This document shows, one piece after another, positions 37,736 through 47,839 of a DNA stretch of 64,000 nt (position 1 is its first letter; each line of letters starts with the position of its first letter). Under the pieces are notes generated by a model, which ran no database searches, was not told the DNA's origin, and worked only from the letters and a program-made list of their open reading frames with translations. This DNA comes from an uncultured Verrucomicrobiota bacterium (GTDB lineage: Bacteria > Verrucomicrobiota > Verrucomicrobiia > Limisphaerales > UBA9464): positions 212,396-276,395 of the forward strand of contig CAIVQH010000046.1 in assembly GCA_903907995.1 (NCBI GenBank), written 5' to 3'. A program made the translations under genes and the position numbers.

Positions 37736-39397
37736 TCAGATGCCGCTCTCGGTGACGACCCGCCAGGGGCCGCCATCCACCCGCTGGAGGGTCCACACGC
37801 GGGTGAGGCCGACGTTGCAAAAGCCGTAATAGCCGCCATTCCGTTCGCCGACGTGCTCCACTTCGAGGAGCACCTCCTCGATGCGCGGTAGCCCCGGATA
37901 TTCATCGCCGCGCACCACCGCGCGCGGCACGTCGGCCCAGAGCACAGGGATGTCGCAGACGCGTTCCTGGAGCTTGCGGCGGGCATCCTCCCAGGTGGAA
38001 TCCAGCGAAGGGGAATAATGCGGGTAGCAGATCGGCGGGCCGCCATCGTTTCGGACCGCGCGCCAGGTCGCGAACAGGTCCAGCCAGGCCTCCTTGTCCG
38101 CCACCTTGAGGGCCGCGAACAGCGCTTCGAGCACCGCCTGCGGCGACGCGTCAGGCGCGGGTGGTTCCGAACGGGAGCGGGTGACCTTGTCTTCCCCTGC
38201 AAACGGCGACTGGCCGTCAGTCACCACCGTCAGATCCACGAAGAAGCGGTCGCCCACGGTGGCGCCGATGGCCTCGAGTTCGAGCCCGATCACGCCCCGT
38301 CCGTTCACGACGACCAGTTTGGGCTGCGCCCCGATGCGACCGATGATCGCGTAGTCCTCGCGCAGGTTCGGCGTCACAAACTGCTGGTAGCGCCGGGTGG
38401 CGAGCTGCATCCGCTGCGCCGCGTCGGCTTCGGTGTCCACAAAGCACCAGATGTTACCGACCTGTGTGGCGAAGTAGTTGTGCATCGACTCCGTCACCCA
38501 TTCGCGTGGAGTGATGGGCGGCAGCACGAGAACCTTGCCGGTCAGTTCCGTCCGCTGGGGCGACAGGGGATCGATGGAAGGCACCGTTTCCAGGATATCG
38601 GCGACGAACCGGCCCAGGAATTCCGTCCGCGCCGCCTCCAGAAACCCGCGCACCTCGCTCACGCGTTCCTCATCCAGCCGGCGGAAGGCCAGGGCCTCGG
38701 GAGTCAGCTCATATTTCGTCCCCTCCAACAGGGAACGGGCGGCGGCAAAATCGGCCACGATCGCGTCGGTAAAGGGCCTGGGATACTTCTCCTGCAACAC
38801 GGGCAGGCGCGGCTCGCTCTCCAGCAGTTCGCGCAGCAGGGATTCGCTGGTAAACGTCCCGCTGCTCTGCCCCCACCGGTCGAGCACGCGTTCAGCCAGC
38901 CGCTGGAAGTTTTCCAGCCAGGAACTCCAGCAGGGCGAAAATCCGTCGTACCCCATCTCTTCCGGCCCGCCCGGCCCGAGCGTCGCCCGGTTGTTGGCGT
39001 TGAGATGATTGCGGAGCAGCCGCAGCGGGCCGCTGAACTCCAGGGTCTCCCAGCCGACGGGCGGCGAGCGCCGCACCACCGTCAGCCTCAGCATCGCGCC
39101 TTCGGCCAGACCGAGCTTCTGCCATTGCTGGTTCTCGGCGTACTGCCCCACCGCGATAGGGGTGGCGCGTTGCAGTTCCTGAAGGTTCTCCGGCCGCCGG
39201 ATCGGTTCGCCATTCACCGCCGTGATGAAATCGCCCACACAGAGTCCCGTGCCGCGAAATCCGCTGTGCCAGTGGAGCCACGTCACCCGCAGGCCGGGCG
39301 TGGGATTGTCGAACATCGTCCGGGTGACGAGCCCACTGTTCAGGGTGTCGGCACGGACAAAAACCTGGCCGGGGGAGGAGGAGGCGTCAGCGGGCAT
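37736..39397 (-). CDS. uncharacterised 553-aa protein with N-terminal PDZ-like domain
   Basis: GLRVTWLHWHSGFRGTGLCVGDFITAVNGEPIRRPENL fits a PDZ fold; no signal peptide; remainder has no recognisable motif. Confidence 0.5.
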   Translation of the reverse strand: MPADASSSPGQVFVRADTLNSGLVTRTMFDNPTPGLRVTWLHWHSGFRGTGLCVGDFITAVNGEPIRRPENLQELQRATPIAVGQYAENQQWQKLGLAEGAMLRLTVVRRSPPVGWETLEFSGPLRLLRNHLNANNRATLGPGGPEEMGYDGFSPCWSSWLENFQRLAERVLDRWGQSSGTFTSESLLRELLESEPRLPVLQEKYPRPFTDAIVADFAAARSLLEGTKYELTPEALAFRRLDEERVSEVRGFLEAARTEFLGRFVADILETVPSIDPLSPQRTELTGKVLVLPPITPREWVTESMHNYFATQVGNIWCFVDTEADAAQRMQLATRRYQQFVTPNLREDYAIIGRIGAQPKLVVVNGRGVIGLELEAIGATVGDRFFVDLTVVTDGQSPFAGEDKVTRSRSEPPAPDASPQAVLEALFAALKVADKEAWLDLFATWRAVRNDGGPPICYPHYSPSLDSTWEDARRKLQERVCDIPVLWADVPRAVVRGDEYPGLPRIEEVLLEVEHVGERNGGYYGFCNVGLTRVWTLQRVDGGPWRVVTESGI

Positions 39398-39502
39398 GGC
39401 GTCAGGGCGAACGAAACCGGAATACGCCGACTCTCCAGCCCAGGGCCAGTCAAAAGACAGGCCGCCCTCTCGGCGTGATGCAGGCCGGGACGGAATCCCC
39501 GC

Positions 39503-39739
39503 TCAGAAAATCCCGCGCCGGTAGAGCCACCACGTCAGGCCGATGATCGCCAGGGCGATCAGGGACATCACCCACCAGCTCCCCACCACGTAGGACACCA
39601 CGATCAGCGCGAGGCCGGCGAAAAAGGCCGGCGGGGACTTCTGCCGCCAGCCGTACACCAGGTAACCCGAACCCACCGCGCCCCAGACCAGCGAAGCCCA
39701 CAGGAAACCTTCAGAAATCGCGGCAATCATGGGGTTCAT
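39503..39739 (-). CDS. small (78 aa) two-TM membrane protein
   Basis: Strongly hydrophobic with aromatic/W-rich helices; tightly placed between the TPR and PDZ genes on the same strand. Confidence 0.4.
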   Translation of the reverse strand: MNPMIAAISEGFLWASLVWGAVGSGYLVYGWRQKSPPAFFAGLALIVVSYVVGSWWVMSLIALAIIGLTWWLYRRGIF

Positions 39740-39764
39740 GGGACGTTGAAATCCTCCGTCCCGA

Positions 39765-41468
39765 TCAGAGCCATTCCTTGATCAGCTCGCGTTCCTCGGT
39801 GCGGAGCTGTTTGAGATCCAGCTTCCGGGCAATCTGGCGGGCGGCCTCACGCTGCTCGTTGGCGCCCAAGGCGGCGGCGTACACCACTTTCAGGCGCGGT
39901 TCGGCCCGGTTCCAATCCACCTCGGCGGATTCGATCAGGCTCAGGGCACGAGCGGGGTTGCCCGCCCGCAGTTCACCGAGCGCGAGCACGGAACGGTAGA
40001 GGCGGTCGGCGGGCTGCTCCTTCACCCGTTTTTCCAGCAGGGCCCGCGCTTCCGGCATTTTTTCGCCCAGCAGAAAGCCGAAATAGGTGCTGGCCAGGAA
40101 GATCGGTTCATCGCCGGGCATGAACTGCTCCAGCCGGCGCAGCACCTCGCGGCTCTCCTTGGCGTCGTCCAGAGGGCTGAGCAGCCGTAAAATCTCGCGC
40201 CCTGAGCTGTAGGTGAGCGGCGGCCAGACCATCAGCCGCTCGTAGGCCGCGATCGCCGCGCGGGGCTGTCCCGTGCGCTCGGCGTAGCCGGCGACGAACT
40301 GCAGCTTGGCGGGATTGTTGGTACAGGCGGCCAGCGCGCTCTGGAGGTGCCCGATCACCACCTGCGGGTGGCCGGATTTCTGCGCCACCAGCGCCTGCAG
40401 GCAGTGCAGCATGTAGGGCTCGACCGGCGGATTTTCCATGTCAAGGTAGGGCTGCACCTCGTCGAGCCGATTTTTCTCGAGCAACGCCTGCAGCCGCGCG
40501 GTCAGGAGTACCGGTTCCTTGGCGACTTTTTCCGCCGGCAGCAGATCCAGCACCCGGTCCACGTCGCCGTGATCGGCAAACCAGGACGCCGCCTCGGCGA
40601 GCGCCGCGGGAGTTCCTGTGGCCTTGGCGGAGCGGGCCAGCTCATCCGTCAGCTCGGCCTTTCGCTCAGGCTCCAGCTTAAGGCGGAGATTGAGGATGGC
40701 AGCCCGCCGGTCCGGCCGGTCGGCCAAGGACTTGAGCAATAGCTGGCACTCCGCCGGGGTCAGGTCCGCCAAGGATACCAGGGCATCCACGGCGGCGGCA
40801 TGCTGTAGCCCCTGCCCTACCGCCAGCCCCCAGAGCAACCGCCGGCCCTCACCCCGCTCCTCGGTCTGCGGGGATCCGATCAGCATGGTGCCGAGCGCGA
40901 GTTGTGCTTCCTCGTCGCCCGGGCGGTTGTTCAGCCAGATGCGGCCTGCCTGAAGGGCCGCTGCCGGCGGTGCGCCCGCCTGCAGCGCCCGGACGTAAAG
41001 CCGCAGCAGGTCGGGATCATTGTGGTTTGTCGCCAGCAGGCTCTCCAGCTGCGGCACCACGATGTCGGTCCGGTTGAAATTCAGGCAGAGCTCCAGATAT
41101 TTCAGCAGGTCCTGCCGGGTCGATCCGGGCTTGTGGAGCAGCATCTGCCAGTAGTTGATGCCCTCCACCATGGAGCGCTGGGTGCAATATTCGGCGGCCA
41201 GCCGGATGATCCGTGGCTCGGTGGGGGCCAGTTCCAGCACGACCTTCAGGCCGCGCACCACCTCGTCCCATTTGCCGGCCTGGAGATTGGCCTCCACCTC
41301 GTCGGCCATCCCGAGGGCGCGCTTGGTCTTGACGAACTTATAGATGGGCCGGGCCGAAAAGAAACCGATCAGGCCGAGCACCAGCAGCACCACCAGCAGC
41401 CAGATGAAACGCTTGGAGGTGTCCTTGAACTCGGCCACCGGGGGCAGTGTTTCGTCGTAGGCATCCAT
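39765..41468 (-). CDS. TPR-repeat protein with N-terminal TM anchor
   Basis: N-terminal TM (FIWLLVVLLVLGLIGFF) followed by ~12 TPR-like helical pairs across 567 aa. Confidence 0.6.
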   Translation of the reverse strand: MDAYDETLPPVAEFKDTSKRFIWLLVVLLVLGLIGFFSARPIYKFVKTKRALGMADEVEANLQAGKWDEVVRGLKVVLELAPTEPRIIRLAAEYCTQRSMVEGINYWQMLLHKPGSTRQDLLKYLELCLNFNRTDIVVPQLESLLATNHNDPDLLRLYVRALQAGAPPAAALQAGRIWLNNRPGDEEAQLALGTMLIGSPQTEERGEGRRLLWGLAVGQGLQHAAAVDALVSLADLTPAECQLLLKSLADRPDRRAAILNLRLKLEPERKAELTDELARSAKATGTPAALAEAASWFADHGDVDRVLDLLPAEKVAKEPVLLTARLQALLEKNRLDEVQPYLDMENPPVEPYMLHCLQALVAQKSGHPQVVIGHLQSALAACTNNPAKLQFVAGYAERTGQPRAAIAAYERLMVWPPLTYSSGREILRLLSPLDDAKESREVLRRLEQFMPGDEPIFLASTYFGFLLGEKMPEARALLEKRVKEQPADRLYRSVLALGELRAGNPARALSLIESAEVDWNRAEPRLKVVYAAALGANEQREAARQIARKLDLKQLRTEERELIKEWL

Positions 41469-41558
41469 GAATGTAGAGGGCCGGAGACATTATGCGTCAC
41501 CCGTTTCCGACAACAAGCCCCGCGAGAAGAATCCGGGCCGCCGAATCCGCCGAAGCTC

Positions 41559-44500
41559 TCAGCGGGCGGCCACCTCGCCGGTCTCGATCCGCAGGTCGGC
41601 CCAGTAACCGAACTCGTAATGCCAGTTGTTGGCGGCATTTTCGAGCCGCAGCACGACCACCCGTCCCCCGAACTGGCTGAGATCGAGCGACACATCCTTC
41701 CAGCGCGCCCCGTCGTGGGTGACGAGCTGATGATGCAGCAGTTCGCCATCGGCCTTGATCCGCAGTTCCCAATCGCCCTGTTCATGCGCGGCCACGCGGA
41801 AACGCAGCGTCGCCTTGCGACCGGCGGGCAGCATCAGCTTCTTCACCAGGGCGGCGGGCGTGCGTTCGTCCACCGGATGGGTCATCAGCACGTTCGCCTG
41901 GCCGGCGAACTCCGGGTACTTGCGCGGTGCGCCCTCGAAGGCCGGACTTTCCACGCGCCAATCCGGATTCCACAACGCGACCGATTCGCCATCGGAAGAA
42001 CCGGCGGGATCGGCGAGCGCCTGGTCGGGATTCGTGCCGATCAGCTCCAGCTTCCGCTGCTCGGTGAGCGGCTGGTTGTCGCCGGGCGGCGCGAGGATGA
42101 ACCAGATGAGGTTGCGGAAGTCGCCATCGGGCATCTGCTCCAGGCCTTCGGGCATCACGGAATTTTCCGTCACGCGCAGCGACTTCACCCTGGCCTTGTC
42201 GATGATCATTTCACTGGGGCCGGCCATCACCAGCTTCACGTGGGTCGCGACGTTCTCGGTCATGCGCCCGCTGAAGGTCTGGTCGTCCTTGGTCTCGACC
42301 TCCACCTGCTCGTAGCCCTGGCCGATGATCTCGTTCGGATTGATCACGTTGTGCAGCAGCGCGTCGAGCGAGCTGCGGCCCACGCCCGTGAGGTCGGGCC
42401 CGATCTCCGCGCCCTCGCCGTAAAGCTTGTGGCAGACGAAGCAGGTCTTTTTCGCGACCTCATGCCCGGCAGCAATATCAACAGGGCCGCTCACCACGAC
42501 CTTCCGCTTCGCGGCGATGACCTTGAGCTTCTCCGCGCTCGACGCCTGGACCTTGCCGAAGATCTGCACGGCGCGTTCGCGCTCGTTCACATTCTGCGAG
42601 GTGGCCAGCGCCCGGACGACGGTGGGTGGAACGTCACCGCGCTTCACCGCACCCGCCTCAATTGCGCGGTAGAAGGGCCACTTCCAGCTGCTGCGCGTGG
42701 TGCACAGTTCCGCGACGGCGGAACGCACGGAAGGCGTCAGGCCGCCCCATGCCTCCAGCAATCCTTTCACGGTATCGTCCGCTCCCACATCCGCCAGGCC
42801 GCGCACGGCCTCGACCCTGAGTTTGTCCGAGGCATTGCTGCGGAACACCGTCAGCAGCGCCTCGCGGGTGTCATCGGTCTTAAGCCGGCGGGCGATGCGG
42901 ATGGCCGCGATGCGGTCGGCCTCGCTGGCCGAAGTGTCCGTGACCCGCGCCAAGCTGGCCTTGATGGCCGTGGCGTCGCCCCAGAGCGAGCCGATCTGCT
43001 GCGCGGTCTTGGCGATGTCGCCGTTGGGTGATTGCGCGAGCTTGGACACGACCGCAACCGCCGCAGGGTTGGGCGTAAGCGCCTTGCCGCGCTGGCCCTC
43101 CAGCAGCCCCTGCAAACCCGCCACGATCGCCGGCGTGGCGTCGGCGGGAATCTTGCCAAACTGTAGCACGGCACGGCTCAGCATGTCCTCGTCCCGCAGG
43201 TCGCAGGTGCGGCGCATGATTTTGGTGAGAATCATGGCCGAGAAGGGCAGCTCGCGTTGTGCCCCGTCGCCTTCGTAAGCGCCGATGGCGTGAACCGGAT
43301 CGAACGCGACAATCGGTTCCAGTGCCATCCAGTAGAGGAATTCCAGCGTAGGATCGTTTTCGCCCTTGGTGCGATCGCGATAGCCGACGAACAGCGTGCT
43401 GAGCAACGGACCGGTGATGACTTCAGTGATGGGGATCCGGGGCGGAAGGTCCACGGTGAGCGCCCCGGAAACAAACTGCCGGGCCGCCACGGCCACGGCA
43501 AGGCGCACCGTGGGATCAGCATCACGAGCGAGAGTCGTGAGGCGTTCCAAGGCAGTGCCCAACGGATAGCCGCGTTCGCCGGTGAGCCGTGCGGCCCACG
43601 AGCGGACGGCCGGGTCCTTGTCCTTCGCCACCTCGTCCAGAAAGCTGTCCTCTAACAGACCCATGCCGTGCAACGTCCACAAGGCGGCCAGGCGGGCTTC
43701 CATCGTGGCCCCAGTTTTCGCCATTTCATGGATCGGCGTCTCAGCGTGAAGTTGGGACGGCCCAAAGGCGCTGAGACCGCGTCCGGTGAGGACCCGCTGG
43801 GCCATGCGACGCTGCCACACGTTGGGATGCGCGAGGAGCTTGGCCAGTTCGCCGCTGGAAAGCTTCGTGAGGTCCATGTCCTTCGACGGACGCGAGGGCA
43901 CGGGCTTGTTCGCCTGGTCGCCAGTCCACACCACGCGCCAGATGCGGCCGCGTTCGCGGTCCACGCCGGCGGGATCGGCGTTGGCGTTCTGGTAGCACGG
44001 ATACTTGTCATACCAGTCCATCACCCACACCGCGCCATCCGGCCCGGTCTGCGTGCTCACGGGCATGAACCAGCCGTCCTTCGTCGTCATGAAATCACCG
44101 CTCTCGGTCCATTTGCTGGCGACAAAGCTCGATCCCTTCGGTGTGAGCCGGTCGATGTTGATCGCATTTTGATGGATGTTGCCATGCAACGCCGCGCCCT
44201 GCCATTCCGCCGGCCACTGGTCGCCCTGATAGATGTCGATGCCGGCGTAGGCGGCCATGTGGTGCTTGTGATCCACGATGCTTGGGAGCTCGCCGTAGGC
44301 ATAGGGGAACGGCGGCTGACCGGCCTGGCGGGAATAGAGGCCGCCGGGTGTGAGGTGAAAGAGGTGGTCGATCACGCACGCGCTCACGAAGGCATTGCCC
44401 TTGGAGTCAAAATCCACACCCCACGGATTGCTCGTGCCCTCGGCCCAGACCTGGAAGTTGCGCGTCTTCGTATCCAGCCGCGCCACTCCGGCGCTAACGA

Positions 44501-45176
44501 TCACCGGCACCGCGTTCGGATTGCCCGGGTCCTTGGCCTTGGTGGCGGTGAAGACGCCATGCGTCATGTAAAGTCCGCCATCCGGCCCCCAGGTGAAGCC
44601 GTTCAGCAGTTCATGCCGATCTTCGAGACCAAAGCCGGTCAGCACCTCGGTCTTTTCATCCGCGACATCGTCGCCGTTCGTGTCGCGCATGAACCACAGG
44701 TGTGGTGCCTCGCCGACATACACGCCGCCGTCGCCGACGAGCAGCCCCGTGGCCAGCGACATGCCATCAGCGAAGACGGTCACCTTGTCCGCGACGCCAT
44801 CCCCGTCGGTGTCCTCCAGAATCTTGATGCGGTCGCGGCCCTTCTCGCCGGGCTTGGCGCCGAGCGGATACTCATAAAGCTCCAGCACCCACAGCCGCCC
44901 GCGCTCGTCGAACGACATCGCGACGGGATTCACCACTTCCGGCTCGCTGGCAAACAGGCGCACCTGGAAACCCGGCGGCACGACGAACGACTTCTGCTCG
45001 TCCGCGGGCGAAAGTGCGGGATTGTCCGCCGGCTTGTGCTGACCCACCAGCTGCTTGCCCGAGGGCGCGTTGGTGTAGATGGGAAAGCCGAACTTGGGAT
45101 GGACCGTCTGCGCGAGCGCGGCGGAAGCCACGGTGAACAACAGCACGGCGGATGACAGGGGCAGGGGCAGCTTCAT
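41559..45176 (-). CDS. large secreted PVC-type protein: glucose/sorbosone-dehydrogenase-like beta-propeller + HEAT repeats + cytochrome c domain
   Basis: ATG at 45176 gives signal MKLPLPLSSAVLLFTVASAALAQ. N-terminal propeller segments (GRLWVLE..., DGGLYMTHG...). Central HEAT-like repeats (DPAVRSWAARLTGE..., DPTVRLAVAVAAR...). CxxCH heme motif CFVCHKLYGEGAEIGPDLTG. C-terminal ~250-aa beta domain. Confidence 0.7.
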   Translation of the reverse strand: MKLPLPLSSAVLLFTVASAALAQTVHPKFGFPIYTNAPSGKQLVGQHKPADNPALSPADEQKSFVVPPGFQVRLFASEPEVVNPVAMSFDERGRLWVLELYEYPLGAKPGEKGRDRIKILEDTDGDGVADKVTVFADGMSLATGLLVGDGGVYVGEAPHLWFMRDTNGDDVADEKTEVLTGFGLEDRHELLNGFTWGPDGGLYMTHGVFTATKAKDPGNPNAVPVIVSAGVARLDTKTRNFQVWAEGTSNPWGVDFDSKGNAFVSACVIDHLFHLTPGGLYSRQAGQPPFPYAYGELPSIVDHKHHMAAYAGIDIYQGDQWPAEWQGAALHGNIHQNAINIDRLTPKGSSFVASKWTESGDFMTTKDGWFMPVSTQTGPDGAVWVMDWYDKYPCYQNANADPAGVDRERGRIWRVVWTGDQANKPVPSRPSKDMDLTKLSSGELAKLLAHPNVWQRRMAQRVLTGRGLSAFGPSQLHAETPIHEMAKTGATMEARLAALWTLHGMGLLEDSFLDEVAKDKDPAVRSWAARLTGERGYPLGTALERLTTLARDADPTVRLAVAVAARQFVSGALTVDLPPRIPITEVITGPLLSTLFVGYRDRTKGENDPTLEFLYWMALEPIVAFDPVHAIGAYEGDGAQRELPFSAMILTKIMRRTCDLRDEDMLSRAVLQFGKIPADATPAIVAGLQGLLEGQRGKALTPNPAAVAVVSKLAQSPNGDIAKTAQQIGSLWGDATAIKASLARVTDTSASEADRIAAIRIARRLKTDDTREALLTVFRSNASDKLRVEAVRGLADVGADDTVKGLLEAWGGLTPSVRSAVAELCTTRSSWKWPFYRAIEAGAVKRGDVPPTVVRALATSQNVNERERAVQIFGKVQASSAEKLKVIAAKRKVVVSGPVDIAAGHEVAKKTCFVCHKLYGEGAEIGPDLTGVGRSSLDALLHNVINPNEIIGQGYEQVEVETKDDQTFSGRMTENVATHVKLVMAGPSEMIIDKARVKSLRVTENSVMPEGLEQMPDGDFRNLIWFILAPPGDNQPLTEQRKLELIGTNPDQALADPAGSSDGESVALWNPDWRVESPAFEGAPRKYPEFAGQANVLMTHPVDERTPAALVKKLMLPAGRKATLRFRVAAHEQGDWELRIKADGELLHHQLVTHDGARWKDVSLDLSQFGGRVVVLRLENAANNWHYEFGYWADLRIETGEVAAR

Positions 45177-45278
45177 GCGGAGAACTTCCCACACACTGAC
45201 GAAGAAGCCCCGGCGGTCAATTCACGACTCGCCGGGGCTGGGAAAAGATTGTGGTGGCGGTGTCGGACAGGACCGCGT

Positions 45279-46058
45279 CTACCACCAGAAGTATGGCGTG
45301 CCGGTTTCGATTTTCGTGCGGACCACCATTTTCGGGAATTTCACGAACTCGGCATGGCCATCCAGCATCAGTTCGTTACCGCCGATCGGCAGCCCGTGGT
45401 CAACATGAGGCGAGGAATGCGGAATTTTTTTTCCTTTGGCATCCTGCCAGCCGCCGATGATCTGGGTGAAGTTGTTGCCCTTGGGATCCCGGACATTGTA
45501 GTTCGACAACGTTCCGTCGGCGGCGACGACGCGCGCCGACGGTCCCGGGTCGAATTCCGCCCCGCCCGTCATTTTCCAAGCCTTGGGATTGAGCGACTCC
45601 GTGATGTTTGTGTCGTGTACCCGCCCGGCACCCTTGAACGCCACGGCATAGCCGATCACGCGGTAGCCGACTGCATTGTCCTTGGCGATCTCGTTGGTCG
45701 TACCCACCGTGAAGGACCACAGCGAATTGTCGTTTTGCTTGGCGAATGAAGGACAATACAGAATGTTCCGCTGGCCGCCGTTCTTCACGAACGCGTTGGC
45801 GGCGGATGCCGGAAGGTCCCAGGGCCAGACCGCGCCAGTGCAGTCGGGGAACTGCTCCTTGTTGTCGTCCGCATACATGCGGATGGCGATGCCCAGCTGC
45901 CGTATGTTGCTGTTGCACTTGACCTGAAGCGCCTTGGCCTTCGCCTTGGCCAGAGCCGGCAACAGCATCCCCGCCAGGATGGCGATGATCGCGATCACGA
46001 CGAGCAGCTCAATGAGCGTGAAGCCCCGGCGGACCGGACGGAAAAAATGAGCATTCAT
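45279..46058 (-). CDS. prepilin-type N-terminal cleavage/methylation domain protein (DUF1559 / H-X9-DG family)
   Basis: ATG at 46058: [43 protein letters not shown] (canonical G-1 F+1 ... E+5); C-terminal ...[17 protein letters not shown]. Confidence 0.8.
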   Translation of the reverse strand: MNAHFFRPVRRGFTLIELLVVIAIIAILAGMLLPALAKAKAKALQVKCNSNIRQLGIAIRMYADDNKEQFPDCTGAVWPWDLPASAANAFVKNGGQRNILYCPSFAKQNDNSLWSFTVGTTNEIAKDNAVGYRVIGYAVAFKGAGRVHDTNITESLNPKAWKMTGGAEFDPGPSARVVAADGTLSNYNVRDPKGNNFTQIIGGWQDAKGKKIPHSSPHVDHGLPIGGNELMLDGHAEFVKFPKMVVRTKIETGTPYFWW

Positions 46059-46236
46059 AAACGATCTGACCACAAACCCGTGTGGGCACGCCAAGACGTG
46101 TCGGTTTTGCGGGCTACGCTCACAAGGAAGCACCGGCTACCTTGAGCGTCCATGAGCTTGCGCGTAATTCTGCTGAAATTTTTCACGCGCGAACTGCCGT
46201 CTTCAACGTCACCCCATCCTCGGCTATAGAGCCTCC

Positions 46237-47403
46237 GTGCATCGCCCCCCGAAGGTCACCCTGCTGGTTGAAACGTCGAACGCCTACGCGCGCGAGCTGC
46301 TGCATGGCGTGCGGGCGTGGCTGCGGGAGCACGGGCCGTGGAGCATCTGGCTCGCGGAGGCGGGACGCGGCGCGGCACCGCCCGCGTGGCTGCGCGACTG
46401 GAAGGGCGACGGCATCATCGCACGCATCGAAACGCCCGCGATCGCCCGCGCGGTGGCGGCGGCGAAGCTGCCCACCGTGGATGTGAGCGCGGCCCGGCAG
46501 CTTCCCGACGTACCCTGGCTGGAGACCGACGACCGCGCCATCGCGCGGGCGGCGGCGGATCACCTCCGGGAGCGCGGGTTCCAGAGCTTCGGCTATTACG
46601 GCGACGCGCGCTTTAACTGGTCCCGCTGGCGGGGCGAGGCCTTTGCCGCCCAGGTGGCCGAGCACGGCCAGGCGCTGCTCTGTTCGGTGTTTGTCGAACC
46701 GGTCCATCGCCGTGGCACCAGCCCGCCGGATGGCGAGGCCGAGGCGGCCGCCCTGGCCAAGTGGATCCGCTCGCTGCCGAAGCCGGTGGGCATCTTCGCC
46801 GGCTACGACATCCGGGGGGTGCAGGTGCTGGAAGTCTGCCGGCGCCTGGGCCTCGCCGTGCCCGATGAGGTCGCCGTGGTGGGCGTGGACAATGATGAAC
46901 TGCTTTGCGACCTGGCCGACCCGCCGCTTTCGAGCGTGATTCCCGACGTGCGCCGCACAGGCTATGAGGCGGCAGCACTTCTCGCCCGGCTGATGCGCGG
47001 GGACAAGATCCGGGGCGAAGGCCGGCTCTTCGCCCCCCTGGGTGTCGCCACGCGGCAATCCACCGACGTGGTCGCGGTCGAGGACAAGAACATCTCGGTG
47101 GCCGTCCGCTACATCCGCGAACACGCCTGCGAGGGCATCAGCGTGGCCGACGTGCTCAAGGTGGCCCCGCTGTCACGGCGCGTGCTGGAAACCCGCTTCC
47201 AGAAGCTGCTGGGTCGCTCCCCGCATGCGCAGATCCTCGGCGTGAAGCTGGAGCGCGTAAAACGGCTGCTGGGCGAGACCGACCTGTCGCTCTCCGCCAT
47301 CGCCGACCGGACGGGCTTCGCCCACGTCGAATACCTGAGCGTGGCCTTCAAGCGGAACGTGGGCGTGACGGCCAGCGAGTACCGGGCGGGGAAGCGGTCA
47401 TAG
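46237..47403 (+). CDS. XylR-like AraC-family transcriptional regulator (periplasmic-binding-protein-like sensor + AraC HTH)
   Basis: N-terminal sugar-binding-like domain (KVTLLVETSNAYARELLHG...GDGIIARIETP...); C-terminal AraC HTH (ISVADVLKVAPLSRRVLETRFQKLLGRSPHAQI...LSLSAIADRTGFAHVEYLSVAFKRNVGVTASEYRA). Confidence 0.75.
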   Translation: MHRPPKVTLLVETSNAYARELLHGVRAWLREHGPWSIWLAEAGRGAAPPAWLRDWKGDGIIARIETPAIARAVAAAKLPTVDVSAARQLPDVPWLETDDRAIARAAADHLRERGFQSFGYYGDARFNWSRWRGEAFAAQVAEHGQALLCSVFVEPVHRRGTSPPDGEAEAAALAKWIRSLPKPVGIFAGYDIRGVQVLEVCRRLGLAVPDEVAVVGVDNDELLCDLADPPLSSVIPDVRRTGYEAAALLARLMRGDKIRGEGRLFAPLGVATRQSTDVVAVEDKNISVAVRYIREHACEGISVADVLKVAPLSRRVLETRFQKLLGRSPHAQILGVKLERVKRLLGETDLSLSAIADRTGFAHVEYLSVAFKRNVGVTASEYRAGKRS

Positions 47404-47411
47404 GTAAGCGA

Positions 47412-47765
47412 ATGAGGGCCAACCCCCTGCTTCACGCACCAGACACCATGAAGCCACTTGTACGTTGGTTATTTGCACTCTCCGCCCTGATCACGTTGAC
47501 TTGGCCAGTCTCAGTCTTCATGAGCGTGTTCATTTTTGATGCGCCCTTGCATAGCACGTTCGATGGGTTGAGGCGTACTGCGCTCGCTTTGCTAATGACC
47601 ACTTACCCATGGGGATTTATCTGGGCGGTAATCCGATTCTTCCGACGGCGTAAAACCCAAAATTTCTACACCGAATCCACGGCGGTTCTGCTTACCGCTC
47701 CCCTCATCCAGATTTTAATGACGGCCCTTACGCTGGCATTCATCTTCAGCATGCACAAAAACTGA
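47412..47765 (+). CDS. hypothetical small membrane protein (low-GC ORFan)
   Basis: 117 aa, 3-4 hydrophobic helices, ~48% GC, starts 9 bp after the regulator stop. Confidence 0.35.
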   Translation: MRANPLLHAPDTMKPLVRWLFALSALITLTWPVSVFMSVFIFDAPLHSTFDGLRRTALALLMTTYPWGFIWAVIRFFRRRKTQNFYTESTAVLLTAPLIQILMTALTLAFIFSMHKN

Positions 47766-47839
47766 GGGAAAGCGTGACAAGTATCCCCGGGAGGCCGGAG
47801 GTCGCCGACACCTAAAGGTTTCTTTGTTTAGCAACACTG

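Noticed and set aside
36283-37755. 490-aa + ORF and 160-codon upstream extension of the 664-aa minus ORF
   Set aside because: Antisense or out-of-gene. The real minus-strand gene starts at ATG 37722, 13 bp after the stop of the upstream gene.
38018-39478. 486-aa + ORF
   Set aside because: Antisense to the PDZ-containing gene; Arg/Pro-rich nonsense.
40902-45155. 709-aa and 495-aa + ORFs
   Set aside because: Antisense to the TPR gene and the 1205-aa dehydrogenase/cytochrome c gene.
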